From an uncultured Deinococcales bacterium (lineage in GTDB: Bacteria; Deinococcota; Deinococci; Deinococcales; JAAFIG01): DNA of 18,528 bases. This document shows, piece after piece, positions 16,001 to 18,528 of this stretch. The translations under genes and the position numbers were made by a program. The notes under the pieces are model-generated. The model had not been told where the DNA came from and ran no database searches. It was given only the letters and a program-made list of their open reading frames with translations. Numbering within the stretch: position 1 is the first letter of the stretch; each line of letters opens with the position of its first letter. The stretch covers positions 1,292 to 19,819 of the forward strand of contig CAXTKV010000090.1 of the NCBI GenBank assembly GCA_964244895.1, given 5' to 3'.

Positions 16001-16573
16001 ATGAAAAAATTATTCGGACTCGGACTCGCCGGAATCGTCATGCTGGCCGGTTGCACGCTTCTGCAGGTGCCCGTCGATCTCGCCCCGTACCTGGGCGCGC
16101 AGGTCAGCGGCAGCTACAGCTACGACGTGCCGCAGGGCACGTATTCTGTCAGCGACAAGCTGCCCAGCGCGAGCGGCTACCCGGCGGATTTCTCGAGCGT
16201 GGACTTGCCCGTCACGCTGACCAGCGCGTCGCTGGATTACGGTTTCGGCCTGAGCTACCAGGGCGACACGCAACTTTCCGGTAACGTCACCGTGCAGCTT
16301 TACATGGCTCCGGCTGGTAGCGAGCCCTCCGACACGCTCTGGCAGGACAAGTACAAGCTCGGCGCGTCCCAGACGGTCGCGTTGGCGGCCAACCAGACCA
16401 GCCTTCAGGTGGCGGGCCAGGTCGCGCTGACATCCGATCAGTTGCGGGCCGTCAACCAGCGCAAGATGCGCTTCGGCGTGATCGCGCAGGGCGATGGCAA
16501 CAGCACGAAAGCTGCGCACGTCGAGTTCACCTACCAGGTGCAGCGCCTGGTGTTGAAGGTCGGAATTCTTTGA
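16001..16573 (+). CDS. Hypothetical lipoprotein, beta-rich, downstream of the c-di-GMP-II riboswitch
   Basis: 190 aa; SD GGAG; MKKLFGLGLAGIVMLAG-C lipobox; strong GC3 codon bias. Confidence 0.88.
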   Translation: MKKLFGLGLAGIVMLAGCTLLQVPVDLAPYLGAQVSGSYSYDVPQGTYSVSDKLPSASGYPADFSSVDLPVTLTSASLDYGFGLSYQGDTQLSGNVTVQLYMAPAGSEPSDTLWQDKYKLGASQTVALAANQTSLQVAGQVALTSDQLRAVNQRKMRFGVIAQGDGNSTKAAHVEFTYQVQRLVLKVGIL

Positions 16574-16579
16574 GGCCAT

Positions 16580-16629
16580 GAGAACACCGTCCGGCGCGCA
16601 GTCAATGATTCGCGTGCTGGACGGTGTTC
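16580..16629 (+). repeat. Palindromic repeat family, copy 9, between the convergent lipoprotein gene and paaX
   Basis: GAGAACACCGTCCGGCGCGC-AGTCAATGATTC-GCGTGCTGGACGGTGTTC; overlaps the paaX stop codon (16628-16630). Confidence 0.88.
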
Positions 16630-17434
16630 AGACCAGCTCGAGGGCAGGCAAGCCCTCGAAGCTTCGATCCACGAACGCCTGCACGCGAGGCGCGAGCGAC
16701 GCCTTCCGGTCGCGGAACAGGCGCGCCGCCTCGAGCCCCAGGAAGCCCTCGGGTTGCAGCTCGAGCGGCAGCCCCGGATCGGAAAACAGGAACTTGCGGT
16801 ACTCGTGCAGCACCGTCACGAACGCCCGGAACGCATCCTCGTCGGAATTCGGTTCGGGTTGCGCGCCGAATTCTTTCAGGAAGGCCGCGTAACGCGCGTT
16901 GATGCCCGGCACGTCCCAGGCGCGCTCCACCAGTTGCAAGTCCGTGCCAGCCGATAATCGCGTGGCCTCGAAGACCTCGACGAAGGCTTCAAGGCCGTGA
17001 ACCCTGGAAAGCGCCAGCGCTTCCTGCGACAGATCGTTCGGGCTGATCCAGACGCCCGGCGTCAACGCGCCGAAACCCAGCACGGAAAGCTCCTTGCGCA
17101 AGCGGTCGCGCTCCGCGCGGCGCTCCTCGGGAATGGTGTAGATCAGCACGCGCCACAGCCCGTCCCACGGCGCATCCAGCGGTCGGTACAGACGCCCGAC
17201 CGCCCGGTGAACCCTCCAGCGCACGTCCGGCGTCAGCGCGTAATAGGATTTGCGCCCGAACTTCTGCGCCTCGAGCCAACCCGTGCGCATCGACCTGGAC
17301 ACCGCCGCGCGCACGGCGGGTTCGGAAAAACCCATCACCCGCATCCACTCGATGATCGTGCCGACCCACGCGACATCGCCGCGCGGGTGAACGAACTCCC
17401 CAAACATCGTGAACAAGCTCGAGCGCGCGTGCAT
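16628..17434 (-). CDS. paaX: PaaX-family transcriptional repressor (phenylacetate catabolism)
   Basis: MHARSSLFTMFGEFVHPRG...GFSEPAVRAAVSRSMRTGWL...YYALT...WDGLWRVLIYTIPEERRAERDRLRKELSVLGFG...WISP...LHEYRKFLFSDPGLPLELQP; TAGAAT 6 nt before ATG. Confidence 0.93.
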   Translation of the reverse strand: MHARSSLFTMFGEFVHPRGDVAWVGTIIEWMRVMGFSEPAVRAAVSRSMRTGWLEAQKFGRKSYYALTPDVRWRVHRAVGRLYRPLDAPWDGLWRVLIYTIPEERRAERDRLRKELSVLGFGALTPGVWISPNDLSQEALALSRVHGLEAFVEVFEATRLSAGTDLQLVERAWDVPGINARYAAFLKEFGAQPEPNSDEDAFRAFVTVLHEYRKFLFSDPGLPLELQPEGFLGLEAARLFRDRKASLAPRVQAFVDRSFEGLPALELV

Positions 17435-17471
17435 CGAGGGATTCTATCGCGCGCGCGGTCGCGTCCCGGTT

Positions 17472-17499
17472 GGTCAGAGGTCACAAGTCAGGGTTCAGA
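17472..17499 (+). repeat. Heptamer tandem tract
   Basis: GGTCAGA GGTCACA AGTCAGG GTTCAGA. Confidence 0.5.
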
Positions 17500-17536
17500 A
17501 GCGCTCAGGATGCAATTCAGACTCGATCCGAATGCC

Positions 17537-17597
17537 CGAGAACACCGTCCTGGACGCACAATTTTGATACTCGAGAATCTCGTCCTGAACGATATCC
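17537..17597 (+). repeat. Palindromic repeat family, copy 10 (right arm decayed)
   Basis: CGAGAACACCGTCCTGGACGCAC...CTCGAGAATCTCGTCCTGAACGATATCC; similar to copy 1. Confidence 0.8.
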
Positions 17598-17619
17598 CCT
17601 CGACCCGGCCCCGCGAATA

Positions 17620-17643
17620 CTTTTGCCCTTTAACCTTTGCCCT
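17620..17643 (-). repeat. Heptamer tandem tract starting in the GNAT stop codon
   Basis: Minus strand AGGGCAA AGGTTAA AGGGCAA AAG; shares the ending AAAGGGCAAAAG with the tract after aroH. Confidence 0.55.
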
Positions 17644-18196
17644 ACCTCCTCGAGCGTTCCCAGTCCGAGCGCAGCACGCTCATCATCACGTCGTCGTGCC
17701 AGGTTCCGGCGCGGTACCAGACGCGGCGGCGCGTGCCCTCGAACTGAAATCCGGCGCGCTCGTACGCGCGCAAGCCAGCCGGGTTGCTGCCGAAGGCGGA
17801 GAGCGCCACGCGGTTCAGGTCGAAGCTCACGAAGGCGTAATCGACCAGCAGGCGCACCGCTTCCGTGCCGTAGCCCTGCCCCTGAGATTCGGGCTCGATC
17901 AGGATCGCGATCTTGATGGATCGCGTCTCGTGGTCGTAGGAATGAAAGTGGCACAGCCCGATCGGTCGTTCCAGCCCGACCGGAGCGATCAAAAACGCCA
18001 TCAGGGGCTCACCGGATGGCAACCAGGTCGCGGCGTCGGACGGTTCCAGGGGCCACGGGATGGCCGTCACCAGCGTGCGGTTGACGCGCGGATCGTTGAT
18101 CCAGCCGGCCACCAACCCGAACCAGGCGCGATCCGGTCGGGCCAGCGCGACGCGTTCGCCGCGCGTCACGGCGCGCAGCGCCAGCGGTCGGGTCAC
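17642..18196 (-). CDS. GNAT acetyltransferase, RimJ/RimL family
   Basis: 184 aa; GERVALA, PIGLCHF, IAILIEPESQGQGYGTEAVRLLVDYAFVSFDLNRVALSAFGSNPAGLRAYERAGFQFEG. Confidence 0.92.
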   Translation of the reverse strand: MTRPLALRAVTRGERVALARPDRAWFGLVAGWINDPRVNRTLVTAIPWPLEPSDAATWLPSGEPLMAFLIAPVGLERPIGLCHFHSYDHETRSIKIAILIEPESQGQGYGTEAVRLLVDYAFVSFDLNRVALSAFGSNPAGLRAYERAGFQFEGTRRRVWYRAGTWHDDVMMSVLRSDWERSRR

Positions 18197-18528
18197 GGCA
18201 TCACCCGCAGCACCCAGTCATCGCGCAGCACGGCGTGAACGCTCGAGTTGACGTAGCGCCCACCGCGCCGCATGGCCTCGCGGCGGGTGGCCTCGCGCTG
18301 AAATCCGGTGCGTTCCAGCAACGATGCCGCGTCCGCGTCACCCGCGACGATCTCGGATTCGACGCGTTCCATGCCCAGTTCCATGAACGCGAACCCGACC
18401 ATCACCCCGAGCGCTTGCGCCTCCAACGCGAGGGCGTTGCGCCGCGAACCCCAGATCAGGCTGGCGTGCCGATTCTTACAGTCCATGCCGCGCAACCCGC
18501 ACCAGCCGAGCGCTTCGGCGTTGCGCCC
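18193..18528 (-). CDS. Second RimJ/RimL-family GNAT-fold protein, 5' end outside the window
   Basis: Frame is open to the window edge: GRNAEALGWCGLRGMDCKNRHASLIWG...FAFMELGMERVESEIV...LLERTGFQREATRREAMRRGGRYVNSSVHAVLRDDW; GTGA stop/start overlap with the next gene. Confidence 0.82.
   Translation of the reverse strand, partial: GRNAEALGWCGLRGMDCKNRHASLIWGSRRNALALEAQALGVMVGFAFMELGMERVESEIVAGDADAASLLERTGFQREATRREAMRRGGRYVNSSVHAVLRDDWVLRVMP

Noticed and set aside
908..17597. CRISPR array interpretation of the recurring GAGAACACCGTCC repeat
   Set aside because: Copies are kilobases apart with variable loops, no regular spacers and no cas genes.

Overview
GC-rich bacterial chromosomal segment, very likely Deinococcota (Deinococcus-Thermus). 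This assignment rests on the Thermus-like AroH C-terminus RPDLESAQ, a -10 TANNNT box 5-7 nt before many start codons (leaderless layout), RDRM-like operators and a c-di-GMP-II riboswitch. Genes in order: paaH-like 3-hydroxyacyl-CoA dehydrogenase (partial), KhtTU-like K+/H+ antiporter pair, aroH, hrcA, a predicted outer-membrane beta-barrel with a large TPR membrane protein, an ABC-2 exporter pair, icd, an unusual recQ with C-terminal HEAT-like repeats, a PA0069/Rv2578c-family radical SAM protein, a riboswitch-led lipoprotein, paaX and two tandem RimJ/RimL GNATs. The non-coding layer is the most interesting part. It has (i) two 17-bp RDRM (DdrO)-like operators on the radical SAM and recQ promoters, suggesting a radiation/desiccation-inducible DNA-repair pair; (ii) about 10 copies of a 50-60 bp palindromic repeat, one inside the recQ reading frame; (iii) about 85 copies of CTCGAG (hand count, over 10x expectation), behaving like a HIP-type sequence; (iv) the c-di-GMP-II riboswitch; and (v) facing purine-rich heptamer tracts. 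All calls come from reading the sequence; no database search was run.
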